The notes under the pieces were generated by a model. The model did no database searches. It had not been told where the DNA came from and saw only the letters and a list, made by a program, of their open reading frames with translations. Positions 50,196 to 61,405 of a DNA stretch of 64,000 nucleotides are shown one piece after another (the first letter of the stretch is position 1; every line of letters starts with the position of its first letter). Source of the stretch: Halorutilales archaeon Cl-col2-1 (GTDB taxonomy: Archaea > Halobacteriota > Halobacteria > Halobacteriales > Afararchaeaceae); the NCBI GenBank assembly GCA_041891055.1, contig CP169074.1, forward strand, positions 416,001-480,000, given 5' to 3'. The position numbers and the translations under genes were made by a program.

Positions 50196-51737
50196 ATGCT
50201 TCGGCGTGACTTCCTCGGAGCCGCGGCTAAGATCGGCATAGCGAGTGGAGTAGCCGGCTGTCTCGGATCTGATCGAAGCCAAGACCAAGACGTGGAATCA
50301 CGGCTTAACCGATCAGACGCCTCACTTGACAAGGGGTCTCAGATACCCCGTCCCGATCCTACTCTGTCGGCAGACGAGATCGACGCCAGGTTTGAAGAGG
50401 TGTCTCAGGTCGTCGACTACGAGACTCTACCTCTGACACTCTCGGCGCATCGGGTATTTGGATCGGTGTCAGCCGGTATCGGTATCACAGAGACCGCAAC
50501 TCAGGAATCTCCTGCGAAGATAGAGATATCCGTCGTAAACAGAAATGACTTCGAGTACGTCTACAAGATATCCGAGGCTCCGCCCTATGATACCAAGCCG
50601 ATACTCTACAACCAAAGCCACGATCCTCTCTACCTCGTACCGACACCGAGCCATCCGTTAGTGGATTACGAGGACGAACCCTACACCTACGCTCAGGAGG
50701 GAACGTGGCATGTTAGCGGTGGTATAATAGACTGGCTTCCCGAAGTCTTCAGACTCGAATCCGGAAGAGGATTCATAGGCGAGTACGCCGTCGTGGGACA
50801 TCACAACCGCTCGGGTAGACCGACAGGTACCTACAGTACACAGGGAGACGGCGGAACTCTCTCGCTTGCTCTCTGGGAGACTGAATCGCCGGGTCCAGAC
50901 CGTGAATCCGTCTTCGAGAACGTCGAGGTGCCCGATCTGTCACAGACTCCTAACCGAGACAAAGACGACGAAGACAACGAAAAGACAGACACACACTGGT
51001 TCCACGAGGCTGACTCCGAGACACAGATATACCTACGTCCGTCGATGGAAAAGACGGATCTTCCCGCCGACATAGAGTTCGAGTTCGTAAACCGGAGTCG
51101 GAAAAAGGTCTCCGGAAACCCCTATGGCTGGGATCTATACAAGCTCGTTGACGGAGACTGGTTCCACATAGCCCCACTCATCGTCAACCTGCCTATGTCA
51201 TATGTCTACCCAGGCGACACCGAGAGGTCTTCTTTACATCTCTTCCACGGAGAGGGACTTGGATGTGAGTGTCAGACTCCAGACGGTAAGGTCAGAGACG
51301 TCGACCGTCTCGGGGGAGGAAGATACGCCTATACTGTCGACTTCGGAAGAGAAGGAGAAAGACACGCCGCGCTTCTCGATATCGAGGCTCCCGAGCTAAC
51401 CATAGAAAAGCCCGACGACGTCGAAGTCGAGAGGAGAGGAAGTACTGTAGTAGTCAGTACCGTCGACTCGGAGGACGGATCGGATCTGAGTATACGTGTC
51501 GAGAGGTCGGACGGGACGGAGGGAGACAGACGTGTCATAGCCGAAAATATCTACAGAGGAAACAGCCATCTGAGGTACTCGGTGCCCTTCTTCGAGGGCG
51601 GAGTCGAAGCCGTCGTAGTCGAGACCGAGAAACGGGCTGTCTTCCCGTCTTTACCGTTTTCTTCAGAGACGAGTAAGAGCTACGTCTACAAGGGCAGAAC
51701 ATACACGGCTGAGGTCTTAGACGACGGAAGCACGTGA
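50196..51737 (+). CDS. Tat-exported lipoprotein, unknown function
   Basis: LRRDFL Tat motif and VAGC lipobox. Confidence 0.8.
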   Translation: MLRRDFLGAAAKIGIASGVAGCLGSDRSQDQDVESRLNRSDASLDKGSQIPRPDPTLSADEIDARFEEVSQVVDYETLPLTLSAHRVFGSVSAGIGITETATQESPAKIEISVVNRNDFEYVYKISEAPPYDTKPILYNQSHDPLYLVPTPSHPLVDYEDEPYTYAQEGTWHVSGGIIDWLPEVFRLESGRGFIGEYAVVGHHNRSGRPTGTYSTQGDGGTLSLALWETESPGPDRESVFENVEVPDLSQTPNRDKDDEDNEKTDTHWFHEADSETQIYLRPSMEKTDLPADIEFEFVNRSRKKVSGNPYGWDLYKLVDGDWFHIAPLIVNLPMSYVYPGDTERSSLHLFHGEGLGCECQTPDGKVRDVDRLGGGRYAYTVDFGREGERHAALLDIEAPELTIEKPDDVEVERRGSTVVVSTVDSEDGSDLSIRVERSDGTEGDRRVIAENIYRGNSHLRYSVPFFEGGVEAVVVETEKRAVFPSLPFSSETSKSYVYKGRTYTAEVLDDGST

Positions 51738-51756
51738 GTACCGGCGGTATCCTGAA

Positions 51757-51954
51757 TCAGTCTTCCACGGCTTCGGCTATACGTTCGTGAGCACGTACGA
51801 ACCGCCAGACGAGGTACAGGAAGACTATGATAGCTCCCATCACAGCCCCGAGGAATATCTGCTGGACTACAGCCATATACAGTACGAGAGCCACAGCTAC
51901 TCCGACTCCAGCCTTGACGAGGAAAGTCCTTTCGTCCGTATCAGACCGTGTCAT
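51757..51954 (-). CDS. Small two-TM membrane protein
   Basis: Two TMs then WRFVRAHERIAEAVE. Confidence 0.7.
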   Translation of the reverse strand: MTRSDTDERTFLVKAGVGVAVALVLYMAVVQQIFLGAVMGAIIVFLYLVWRFVRAHERIAEAVED

Positions 51955-51981
51955 GTCTTATGTATTCTATGTACTTCCTGC

Positions 51982-52698
51982 TTAAGAAGCTGAAGCCGAC
52001 CCAGACCTTAGCTGAACGAAGGCTTCGGCGATGATTCCGAGCGAGACTACCGAAACTGCCATTGAGATCGCGGTGCCGATTATCTGTGTTCCTGTGGCTA
52101 AGGCGATCAGGCTGCTTATACCTCCGGCTACGATTCCGGCTCCGAATATGATAAGCAGAACCACGAAGAGACGTAGCCAGTGACCACGTGTGAGGTTCCA
52201 GCTCTTCTTGAGGGCAGTGACGAAGCTGTCGTCCTCGACAGCGATGTAGGGCACCATGAAGACGAAAGCGACGTACGCTATGATTCCCGGTATGAGGAGG
52301 AGAAACGACCCGACCACGACGAGTATGCCGTAAGCGACCCCTCCGACGAATATGTTTATGAGAGCCCAGCCGATGTTTCGACTGTAGTACTCAGAGGGTA
52401 TAGAGTCTGTGTGTCCTCCGACGAAGGTACGTGTAGCGAGTATACTCAAGTATCCGAGAAGGATGAACATCACAACGCCCGCAACTCCGAGAATACTCAG
52501 TGGCAGATCCACCGTGACTGCGAAGGTGTCTCCCGTCATCTCGGCACCCCTTTCCCTCATCATACTCATCATGAAGCTGTTGACAGTCACCTGCCAGATG
52601 ACTCCCACCAGGGCGTAGACTACCACGAACAGGGCTCCGTTCCGGTTGGCTATACGTCTGATGCCGCCTGATACCGACGATCCTATGCTCAGACTCAT
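51982..52698 (-). CDS. Multi-pass membrane protein
   Basis: LLLIPGII...IAVED..FVTALKKSWNLTRGHW motif of a common membrane family. Confidence 0.75.
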   Translation of the reverse strand: MSLSIGSSVSGGIRRIANRNGALFVVVYALVGVIWQVTVNSFMMSMMRERGAEMTGDTFAVTVDLPLSILGVAGVVMFILLGYLSILATRTFVGGHTDSIPSEYYSRNIGWALINIFVGGVAYGILVVVGSFLLLIPGIIAYVAFVFMVPYIAVEDDSFVTALKKSWNLTRGHWLRLFVVLLIIFGAGIVAGGISSLIALATGTQIIGTAISMAVSVVSLGIIAEAFVQLRSGSASAS

Positions 52699-52808
52699 GT
52701 TTATGTTTTCGGAAATCCGGCGGATATATTAAGCATTTCTGATACATGGAGCCTCTGTATGCTGAATTAACAAAAAGTTACTTGAACAGCCGTTCCGACT
52801 CTGAAGTA

Positions 52809-53576
52809 ATGTCAGCTCCGGCTATCGAGGTATCGGGACTCCGGAAGGAGTACGACGAAACTACTGCTATCGACGGGCTCGACCTCACCGTAGAGGAAGA
52901 GACTGTCTTCGGATTTCTCGGCTCGAACGGAGCGGGGAAGACGACTACGATAGAGATTCTCTCGACTCTTCGTCAGCCGACCTCGGGTGAGGTACGTATT
53001 CAAGGGCACGACGTCTCTAACCGATCCGAGGTAGTTCCACTGATCGGCTATCTCCCCGAGGAGCCTCCTGTCTACGACGAACTCACGGGGCGCGAACAGC
53101 TTTCGTACGTAGCGGGTCTCAGGGACTTCGGAGACGAGTCGGGGTTCGAAGACCTAGCCGAGAGGTTCGGACTCAGACAAGACCTCGACAAGAGGGTCTC
53201 AGCCTACTCGAAGGGGATGAAACAGAAGCTGAGCCTGATACAGGCTGTGATGCACAGACCCGACGTACTCTTTCTCGACGAGCCCACGAGCGGACTCGAT
53301 CCCAGAGCCGCACGCACTGTGCGTGACTTCATAGGAGAGATCGCAGACTCCGAGACGACAGTCTTTCTGTCGACCCATATACTCCCAGTAGTCGAGGAGA
53401 TCGCCGACGAGGTGGGTGTTCTGTACGAAGGAACTCTTGTGGCTAAGGGATCTCCCGAAGACCTAAAACGTCGTGTCCGTGACGAGGAAACCGACACTGG
53501 CGGTACGACACTTGAAGAGGTCTTCCTCGACCTGACCAGATCCAGAGACACCGGCACGGGGAGTCAGAATGGCTGA
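52809..53576 (+). CDS. ABC transporter ATP-binding subunit
   Basis: GSNGAGKTT, YSKGM, FLDEPTSGLD, STH. Confidence 0.95.
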   Translation: MSAPAIEVSGLRKEYDETTAIDGLDLTVEEETVFGFLGSNGAGKTTTIEILSTLRQPTSGEVRIQGHDVSNRSEVVPLIGYLPEEPPVYDELTGREQLSYVAGLRDFGDESGFEDLAERFGLRQDLDKRVSAYSKGMKQKLSLIQAVMHRPDVLFLDEPTSGLDPRAARTVRDFIGEIADSETTVFLSTHILPVVEEIADEVGVLYEGTLVAKGSPEDLKRRVRDEETDTGGTTLEEVFLDLTRSRDTGTGSQNG

Positions 53577-55173
53577 AACGTCTCAGATAGACACGAGTAA
53601 GATACTCCTCGTGGCGAGAACAGAGCTCCGCCGAAGCTACCGGAAACTCAACTCTAACACGAAGGCAGCTGCGATGACGGTCATCGGCGCGGGATTCGGA
53701 CTTCTCTACTCAGTCGGCTTAGGTGTCGGATCTTACTTCTTCGTCAGGTCGCTCGTGTCGGAGGGTATGAGTCCTGAGAGTCCCCTTGCGGTCGGTGTCA
53801 CGTTGACGGGCACTGCCGCCTTTGTCGGCTTCTTCACGTTACAGAGGACGGTCAAGTCGGTCGGAACAGTCGACGAAGACAGGGCTGTTCTCTCAGCCAC
53901 CTCCCACTACAACGTCTTCCTCGGGGTTCTTCTCGGAGAGGTAGGACGGTGGCTCGCGGCGGCTGTCTTTCCTGTCGTCGTCCTCTCGGTAGGTGTCGGC
54001 GCGGGCGCGCGCTCGGCTCTCGCCTTCGGTCTGACCGGGGCTGTACTTCTACTTCTAATGGGACTCGGGGTGACATTGGGTTTCACGGCTGGTGTCTTCG
54101 TAAAAGTAGCCGCGGCACGTTCGAGGCTCGTAGCTAGTCACAGGACGAGCCTGAGTCTCGTGGCGTCTGTCGTGTCACTCACGGTCTACTTCTTCTTCAT
54201 GACTGAGGAGTCTACGGGACGTATCGTCTCCGAGACTGTCGGCTATCTGCCGAGTAGCTGGCTAGGCGACCTCATACTCGTGTCTTTACCCGTCTCTGCC
54301 GGAGATCTGACACGTGGACTCGGGGGTCTCACAGTCTGTCTCATGGTGATTACTCTCGGAGTCGTAGCCTCGGGAAGACTAACACGGAGTCTGTGGTTCA
54401 GCGACAGTCTGAACTCCGGGACGGCGAACCCCGACACATCCTCTGTCTTCAGCCTCTTCGAAGGCAGACTCCCGAAAGCCACTCTTCGGACAGCCGACAA
54501 AAGCTGGAAACGCGCGAGACGCGCTCCCTTCACGCTCCAGTACGCCTTTGTCCCCGTGTTTATGCTCGTGTACGTTTTCGTCATGTCGGTAAGATCTGGC
54601 TTCTCTCCCGTGGTCGCGCCGGTTACTGGGGCAGCAGTCGCCCTCAGTGCGTCGTCGGCTTTTACACTCAACCCGATAGGAGGCGAGGGATCGGTTCTGC
54701 CCTTGGTTCTGACCTCACGTGTCGAGCCGAGACAGTTCCTCGGAGGACTCGTTCTCGGAGGTATTACGGTGGGTCTTCCCGTGTCTGTGCTCGCCACGGC
54801 TGTCGTGGGAGTCGTCGGACCCAACGGGTCTGTGAGTACAGCGGCTTCGGTAGTCCTCGTGGCGGTTATGGCAGCCTTCGGACCCCTCCTGTCGACGGGA
54901 TTCGGGGTCGAGTTCCCTAAGTTCGAGAAGACAGCCGTACAGGGTCGTCGTGAGGCTGTGGTTCCGAGTGGCTGGGCTTATCTCTTCTTCGTACTCACAT
55001 TCGGCATCGTCTCAGCACCGGGTATAATCGCACAGTCGGGTATTGACCTGGTCGACAGCCTGCTGCCCTTAGGAGGAGTAGGCGCGGTAGCTCTGTCGTC
55101 GGCTCTCTTCGTCTCGGCGTCTCTTCTGAGTTTCCGCCATGCTGTAGCTGTCTTCGAGGACTACTACCTCTGA
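53569..55173 (+). CDS. ABC exporter permease
   Basis: More than 12 TMs; overlaps the ATPase stop. Confidence 0.8.
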   Translation: MAETSQIDTSKILLVARTELRRSYRKLNSNTKAAAMTVIGAGFGLLYSVGLGVGSYFFVRSLVSEGMSPESPLAVGVTLTGTAAFVGFFTLQRTVKSVGTVDEDRAVLSATSHYNVFLGVLLGEVGRWLAAAVFPVVVLSVGVGAGARSALAFGLTGAVLLLLMGLGVTLGFTAGVFVKVAAARSRLVASHRTSLSLVASVVSLTVYFFFMTEESTGRIVSETVGYLPSSWLGDLILVSLPVSAGDLTRGLGGLTVCLMVITLGVVASGRLTRSLWFSDSLNSGTANPDTSSVFSLFEGRLPKATLRTADKSWKRARRAPFTLQYAFVPVFMLVYVFVMSVRSGFSPVVAPVTGAAVALSASSAFTLNPIGGEGSVLPLVLTSRVEPRQFLGGLVLGGITVGLPVSVLATAVVGVVGPNGSVSTAASVVLVAVMAAFGPLLSTGFGVEFPKFEKTAVQGRREAVVPSGWAYLFFVLTFGIVSAPGIIAQSGIDLVDSLLPLGGVGAVALSSALFVSASLLSFRHAVAVFEDYYL

Positions 55174-55264
55174 GACTGACGTGTTTCTCAGCCAGCCTCC
55201 CATAAATGCTTTACATACCTATCCGTGAGAAATGCTTTATATACGTAAGAGAGTGCGTCTATAC

Positions 55265-56524
55265 ATGAGAGACCTAAAAACAGTGGCGGCGTTACTGTTA
55301 GTCTTGGCGGCTCTGCCCGTCGCGGGTGCACAGATGTCCTCGAGTGGAGGCTCAGGAGCCTCAGCGACAGCTACCGCGTCGGAGGCTACGGTACAGACAC
55401 AGTCGGGTATCACCAACTACACGAATATATACATAGACGATAACTACCGTGACTTCAGCGTGAAGCCCGGGGAGTCGGAGTCGTTCAGTCTGACTCTGGA
55501 GAACAGGGAGGACTCCTCCGTGACTGTGAATCCACGACTCGTACAGCCACCCATACCGAACCAGAACTTCGTCGACTCCTCGTGGCTCGAGATCCAAACG
55601 GGAGAGACTACTCTCGAAGCCGACGGGTCGGAGGAGTTCGAGTTCACTGTCAACGTCCCCGAAGACGCTAGCCTTGGAAACTACGACGGCACTGTAGCGT
55701 TTACGAACGAGACGATCTCGTACCCCGGGAGACCGTCTAGACACGTACACACGGCTAACTTCAACGTCGATGTATGGCGTGAGCCCACGGTCGAGATACT
55801 CTCAGACACCTACGTACATACTCAGGTGAAAGCCGGAGAGTCAGTGACACGTGAGATCAGGATAGAGAACACGGGAGAAACCTCGGTTCCCCTCAATCCC
55901 GAGATGAACGGTCAGGACAGGAACGTAGTCTACAGCGGGGACACGCCGGATAAGATAGACAGATCGTGGCTCTCGGTAGACGCGCCCACACAGATAGGTT
56001 CGGGTGAGACCGCTACCGTCGAACTGACGGTCTCACCACCCTCGTCAGTCAACAGAGGCGACTACCGCGGAGAGATCGACCTCGGGATAAAAGACCCGAC
56101 GAGACAGTCCGAAAACGGCTACTGGCAGAGGGTACGTCTCAGAACCGAGGTCTGGAAACAGCCGTCCGAAGCCTTCGAGGTACCCTTCAGTGTCGACTCG
56201 AACACGACCGAGGTTAGAGTCAAGATAACGAGTCAGTCAGCCCACGGAGAGTCCCAGAGACCCGAAGTCGACTTCGACGTGAGTCTTACGAGCCCGAGTG
56301 GGGACGAGGTAGAGCCCGAGATGGTCAGGACGACTAACAAGGGTCACGTCAGCCTCGGAAACGGCGGAGTCCGTGACTCACAGACAGTGGGTGAGTACGG
56401 TGTAGCAGGCGGCTCGAAGGAGTTCGTCTACACGGTCGAGAACCCGTCGAGCGGAGACTGGAGTGCAGACATAATGCCCCACAACACGATGAGGTTCGAC
56501 TACGAGGTAGTGAGGGTAAGGTAG
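55265..56524 (+). CDS. Secreted protein with tandem Ig-like domains
   Basis: Sec signal; two similar beta-rich repeats (V.PGES...LEN..SWL....G.Y.G). Confidence 0.75.
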   Translation: MRDLKTVAALLLVLAALPVAGAQMSSSGGSGASATATASEATVQTQSGITNYTNIYIDDNYRDFSVKPGESESFSLTLENREDSSVTVNPRLVQPPIPNQNFVDSSWLEIQTGETTLEADGSEEFEFTVNVPEDASLGNYDGTVAFTNETISYPGRPSRHVHTANFNVDVWREPTVEILSDTYVHTQVKAGESVTREIRIENTGETSVPLNPEMNGQDRNVVYSGDTPDKIDRSWLSVDAPTQIGSGETATVELTVSPPSSVNRGDYRGEIDLGIKDPTRQSENGYWQRVRLRTEVWKQPSEAFEVPFSVDSNTTEVRVKITSQSAHGESQRPEVDFDVSLTSPSGDEVEPEMVRTTNKGHVSLGNGGVRDSQTVGEYGVAGGSKEFVYTVENPSSGDWSADIMPHNTMRFDYEVVRVR

Positions 56525-56534
56525 CACGATAGGC

Positions 56535-58070
56535 TCACACCCTCCTGAGCTTCATCCTGAAGTCGGCACCGCCGAGTTCGGAGTCCTCGACCCAGATACG
56601 TCCACCCGACCTCTCTACTATCCTGTCCACGAGGAATAGCCCCATCCCTTCGCCGTGGCGGAGATCGTCGATCTCACGTCTTCCGAATATTTCCTCCTTC
56701 GCTCTGTCCGGAACTCCGGAGCCGTCGTCGGCGACCGAGACGACGGCAGTCTCCTCGTTCCTTTCTACGCCGACCTCGATCCTGTCGGTGGCGTGTTCGA
56801 CGGCGTTCTCGATCACCTCCTCGAACGCCATACGTACGTACCTCTCTCCAATTCCGTTAACATCTGTCTCGGAGTCGCCGTAGAGACATTCTACCTCTAC
56901 CTCGACGGAGTCGGGGTTCGGTTCGTCTCTGACCCTGTCTATGCTGTCGTCTAAGACCTCCTCCAAGCAGACCTCGGCGTCTGGGGATAGCTCGGCTTCG
57001 AGTATCTTCCTCGTTTCCCTCGCCTGATCCGCCTTCTTGTTTATACGTTTGAGTTTATCCTCGGCGTCTTCGAGACTCCCAGCGACCTCGTCCGAAGACG
57101 ACCGTTTCTTAGCTATCCCTATCCTTCCGAGTGCGACACTCAGGTCGTTACGGAGGTCGTGTCTCAGTGCCCTGTTTATGACCTTGAGGGACTGGGTCAT
57201 CCTCTCCATCTCGGTCACGTCGGCGAAGACTCCCGCGTAGCCGATTCTCCGTCTGTCGACTTGTATCGGGACTACGGTGAGATGTAGATGAAGACGTCTG
57301 CCGTCCTTGGCTCTGTCAGTAATCGTGTTGGACCACGTCTCTCCATCGTCTAGCTTCCCCCACATCTCATCGTAAGTCTCGTCGGGGGTCTCGGGAGATC
57401 CGACTATACTGGGATTCTCCCCTACGAGCTCGTCACGTGTATAGCCGAACTTCTCGACGTAGGCGTCGTTGACCTCGACTATCTCGGGCGACGTGTCGGT
57501 AATTACGACGGGGTTCTCGGTGCTCTCGAAGACCTTCCTGTACTTCTCCAGTCTCTGTCTCCTGTCTCTGAGCTTTTCGAGGCTCGTGATGTTTCTGGCG
57601 TTGTAGACTCCCACGGCTGTGCCGGCTATTATCCCTGCCTCGGAGACTAGAAGAACCGTGTTGAGAGGATTCGCCGAGACGCCGCCTCTTATGTCGTTCT
57701 GTAAGAGTATGACCCCCGCAGTTACTACGCCAGCGAAGCCTCCGAAGACCATCCACGACACCACACGTCTCTTACACGGCACCGCGAGATCGGAGTACCG
57801 TAGCTTATACGCGAGTGCCACAGAGCCGAGAAGTGCCGAGAACATCGGAAGGACGACGAAGAAGAGATGTGAGACGGATGGAGCGGAAGCGATGTCCGAG
57901 ACAGCCGAGGCTTCCTCGTAGAGATAGCCTGTGAAAAGAAGAACCCCAATTCCAACTACCGAAGCCTCGTACCCCGAAGACGTCTCGAAGAAGTATCTGT
58001 CCGAGTCTTGACACTGTTTTGACCCTGTGTCGCTGGTTAACCCCGACCCCACCTCTGAGTCGAATGACAT
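56535..58070 (-). CDS. Membrane PAS histidine kinase
   Basis: Four TMs, VNDAYVEKFGY PAS, RHDLRN, DDGSG, GEGMGL. Confidence 0.9.
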   Translation of the reverse strand: MSFDSEVGSGLTSDTGSKQCQDSDRYFFETSSGYEASVVGIGVLLFTGYLYEEASAVSDIASAPSVSHLFFVVLPMFSALLGSVALAYKLRYSDLAVPCKRRVVSWMVFGGFAGVVTAGVILLQNDIRGGVSANPLNTVLLVSEAGIIAGTAVGVYNARNITSLEKLRDRRQRLEKYRKVFESTENPVVITDTSPEIVEVNDAYVEKFGYTRDELVGENPSIVGSPETPDETYDEMWGKLDDGETWSNTITDRAKDGRRLHLHLTVVPIQVDRRRIGYAGVFADVTEMERMTQSLKVINRALRHDLRNDLSVALGRIGIAKKRSSSDEVAGSLEDAEDKLKRINKKADQARETRKILEAELSPDAEVCLEEVLDDSIDRVRDEPNPDSVEVEVECLYGDSETDVNGIGERYVRMAFEEVIENAVEHATDRIEVGVERNEETAVVSVADDGSGVPDRAKEEIFGRREIDDLRHGEGMGLFLVDRIVERSGGRIWVEDSELGGADFRMKLRRV

Positions 58071-58172
58071 GCTCCCCCTATGTTATGTACTCCAACTGAG
58101 TATTATTCTCAGCGGCTAGCTTATTAACCTTTGGGTAGTGTTGACACATATACGTGTACACACCACAGACCG

Positions 58173-58499
58173 TCAGCCCCTCCAGTCACGTACCCTCCGG
58201 CTCTTGTCGACCTGTATACGTGTCTTGTCGGTCTGACGTATCCAGCCGAGGAACTCCGACATCCTCTCTGATTCTCTTATGTCTTCGGGGCTGTTGTACT
58301 CGTGTCTTAGCTCGTGGTTGGTGAAGACTGCGTGTATCTGTCTGTGGCACGCCTCACAGACGTCTGCGGTCTGAGAGCTCTTCCTGTCCTTCGGTGTGAG
58401 ATGGTGTACCTCGGTCTCTACGTCCCTGCCACAGATCTCACAGTCTGGGGAGTCACTATGGCTCTCGAAGACGTGGTCAGGTATCTCGTCGTCGGACAT
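58173..58499 (-). CDS. Small HNH-like Zn-binding protein
   Basis: CEICGR....EVHHLTPK......CEACHRQIH. Confidence 0.78.
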   Translation of the reverse strand: MSDDEIPDHVFESHSDSPDCEICGRDVETEVHHLTPKDRKSSQTADVCEACHRQIHAVFTNHELRHEYNSPEDIRESERMSEFLGWIRQTDKTRIQVDKSRRVRDWRG

Positions 58500-58603
58500 C
58501 AGAGACTCTACGTCGGGTATCGTCTTAAGACTGTCTGGCTTGTGTAGTATCAACAGGGACAAGAGTTTTGGAAAAGCACTACGCGTGTCGAACACGGAGC
58601 ACA

Positions 58604-60955
58604 ATGACAGACCCTCTCAGTCTTCTCGTCTTAGATCCCTCAGAAGACGTCCTCGGAACAGCCTCCGAGTATCTCAGAGACGCGGGATTCGACGTGTCTA
58701 CGACGTCGACGGTCGCCGAGGCGAGCGCCTGCGTCGAAAGGCGTGGTACTGAGATCGACTGTGTGGTTACTGAGTACCGGCTCGGCGAGGCTGACGGGAT
58801 CGAATTCATGAGGGAGATCCGTGGCGAGATGCCCAAGATACCCTTCGTCTTCTACTCAGACGTCGACAGCTCAGTTGCGTCCGAGGTACTCGGCTACCGT
58901 CTCACCGAGTACGTCGAGAAGAGCAGAGCTGACTCCGACGACAGACTCGACCTCCTCGTGAAGAGGATAGAGGAGACTGTTGAACACAGACGTGCTGTCG
59001 AAGACGAGAAGGAGCGGAGTAGGGTGCTCGGAGTCATACGTGAGGTAAACCGCGCTGTTACCAGATCCTCGACTCAGGAAGGGCTAAAGCAGACTGTCTG
59101 TGATGTGATAGCCGGGTCTGAGCCGTACGTATTCGCGTGGTTCGGCGAGTACGATGACGAGACACGGACGGTGGTTCCGACCGAGTACGCCGGCGTAGAA
59201 GCGGGATACCTCGACGAGATAGAGATAAAGGTAGACGGCGAGACGTCGGAGGGTCCTACGGGACGTGCAGTCCGAAACAGGGAGGTCGAGGTGATGCAGA
59301 ACATACCCGAGGATCCGAGTTACGAGCCTTGGCGGGAACAGGCTCTCGAACGTGGTTACAGATCGAGCGCGTCAGTCCCAGCGGTCTACTCCGGAGAGCT
59401 CTACGGTACTCTCAACATCTACGCAGACAGGAAGTTCGCCTTCGACGAGGACGAAAAGGAGCTTCTGAGGGAGATAGGCGAGGACATAGGCTTCGGTCTC
59501 AACGCGATACGGACACGTCGGGAGACGGAGCGGAAGAGTGAGTTCCTCTCGATCACAGAGATGACAGCCGGCATCGGAGGCTGGGAGTACGTCCACAGTG
59601 CCGACAAGTCGGGGGTGGAGGGAAAGATAAGATGGACTCAGGGAGCCAGACGTATCTGCTGTGACTCAGAGGAGATGCCACTGGAGGTTGAAGTCGAAGA
59701 AGCACTCAGCTTCGTGCATCCCGAAGACAGAGAAGAGATAAGAGACGGCTTGGTCAACAGGTCGGAGTTCGACGTAACTGTCCGTTCGGACTCAGGTCGA
59801 AGCGACGACTCTGATTCGGGTTCAAAATGGGTACGTGTAATAGGCAAGCCATCGAAGCCCGAAGCCGAGACTCACGCAGGAGAAGCGGTTCTGATGAGAG
59901 GTTCGATACAGGACGTTACGCTCACGAAGGAACGTGAGATGCGTCTCGACAGTTACAGGAGAGTCATAGACTGCTCCGAGGATCTCATAGCCGCTGTCGA
60001 TACCAACTATAACTATATCTTTGCCAATCAGAGGTACGTCGAGACCCACACCTCAGTTTCCTCACCGGCTGCGGTAGAGGGGGAAAGTCTCAGAGAGATC
60101 GTGGGCGATGAGATATACAACGAGATAATAGACGATGTCGACAGGGCTTTCGATGGAAACCACGTCGAGTACGAGATGGAACGCCACGGGAGTTTCTTCC
60201 ATATCCAGTACTACCCCATGTGGGAAGAGGGCGAGGACAAGGTACGTGGAGTTGCAGCATCACTCCGTGACATAACCGACTACAAGGAGTACGAGAAGCA
60301 GATCGAGAACAAGAACAGACAGCTTACGGTTCTCAACAGAATCACTCGCCACGACATACGTAACGACATGAATCTCATACTCGGCTGGGGGGATATCCTG
60401 AGAGACCACGTCGACGAAGAAGGCGAGGAGTGTCTCCGTAAAATCCTCGACGCTGCGAGACACACAGTCGACCTCACTAAGAACGCGAGGGACTTTGTCA
60501 AGACTATCGACGGCTCCGAGACGTCCGAGATAGACCTCCGCGAGAGACTCAGCCACGTGGTGGAGAAACGTAGAGAGGCGTACGATAACGCAGTCTTCGA
60601 GACGGCTGAGATACCCGATGTGACTGTCTGTGCCAACAGTCTGATCTCGACAGTCTTCAGAAACCTCCTCAACAACGCAGTACAGCATAACGACAAGGAG
60701 ACTCCGAGGGTCGAGGTCTCTGCCGAGGAGAACGACGAGGAAGTAGTCGTCTCTGTCGCAGACAACGGTCCCGGTGTACCCGACGACAGGAAGGACGAGG
60801 TGTTCGGCGAGGAAGAGAAAGGACCCGAGAGCGAGGGTACGGGAGTCGGTCTCTATCTTGTGAAGATGCTCGTCGATGAGTACGGTGGTGAGGTCTGGGT
60901 AGAGGACAACGAACCCGAGGGAGCCGTATTCAGGATCAGACTCAGAAAGGCTTGA
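58604..60955 (+). CDS. Receiver-like + GAF + PAS histidine kinase
   Basis: GAF (GPTGRA..PWRE..GYRSSASVP), PAS, RHDIRN, NLLNNAVQHN, DNGPG, GTGVGL. Confidence 0.92.
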   Translation: MTDPLSLLVLDPSEDVLGTASEYLRDAGFDVSTTSTVAEASACVERRGTEIDCVVTEYRLGEADGIEFMREIRGEMPKIPFVFYSDVDSSVASEVLGYRLTEYVEKSRADSDDRLDLLVKRIEETVEHRRAVEDEKERSRVLGVIREVNRAVTRSSTQEGLKQTVCDVIAGSEPYVFAWFGEYDDETRTVVPTEYAGVEAGYLDEIEIKVDGETSEGPTGRAVRNREVEVMQNIPEDPSYEPWREQALERGYRSSASVPAVYSGELYGTLNIYADRKFAFDEDEKELLREIGEDIGFGLNAIRTRRETERKSEFLSITEMTAGIGGWEYVHSADKSGVEGKIRWTQGARRICCDSEEMPLEVEVEEALSFVHPEDREEIRDGLVNRSEFDVTVRSDSGRSDDSDSGSKWVRVIGKPSKPEAETHAGEAVLMRGSIQDVTLTKEREMRLDSYRRVIDCSEDLIAAVDTNYNYIFANQRYVETHTSVSSPAAVEGESLREIVGDEIYNEIIDDVDRAFDGNHVEYEMERHGSFFHIQYYPMWEEGEDKVRGVAASLRDITDYKEYEKQIENKNRQLTVLNRITRHDIRNDMNLILGWGDILRDHVDEEGEECLRKILDAARHTVDLTKNARDFVKTIDGSETSEIDLRERLSHVVEKRREAYDNAVFETAEIPDVTVCANSLISTVFRNLLNNAVQHNDKETPRVEVSAEENDEEVVVSVADNGPGVPDDRKDEVFGEEEKGPESEGTGVGLYLVKMLVDEYGGEVWVEDNEPEGAVFRIRLRKA

Positions 60956-61381
60956 TCACCCGACCGGAGTCACGCCGCCCGTGACTGTTCTCACGACCCT
61001 ACTCCGGTTCCCCGACTTCGCCACGACATCGAACTGATTTCTTTCCGTGGTCACGGTGTCGCCTTCGTCGTACATCTCAGTTCCGCTTATCTTCTCGCCA
61101 CCCACCTCGGCGAGATAGACGACTTCACCGTTCGTCGACTGTAGGATGACACGCGTTCGGCTGTCTGTCTCGACCATCCGGAAATCGGCGGTGAGTCGGG
61201 CTTGAGTCTCCTCGGAGTCTCGGCTGTCCCCCATCAAAAACACGAACCCGAAGACTCCAGCCACGAACACGAGGAGGACTACCGACACAGCCGCGATCTG
61301 AACCGAGTTCAAGCTCGCCTCAGTCTCAGTCGAAGTCGAGGCTTCCGTCTCTGTGACTGTCTCAGATCCGTCTCGTCTCAT
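60956..61381 (-). CDS. Single-TM hypothetical protein
   Basis: One hydrophobic helix then a small beta-rich domain. Confidence 0.55.
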   Translation of the reverse strand: MRRDGSETVTETEASTSTETEASLNSVQIAAVSVVLLVFVAGVFGFVFLMGDSRDSEETQARLTADFRMVETDSRTRVILQSTNGEVVYLAEVGGEKISGTEMYDEGDTVTTERNQFDVVAKSGNRSRVVRTVTGGVTPVG

Positions 61382-61405
61382 CCTTCCGTCGTTTGAGCTC
61401 CAGGC

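Noticed and set aside
58173-58499. HNH protein as a defence or mobile element
   Set aside because: Stand-alone, with no methylase, repeats or mobility hallmarks nearby.
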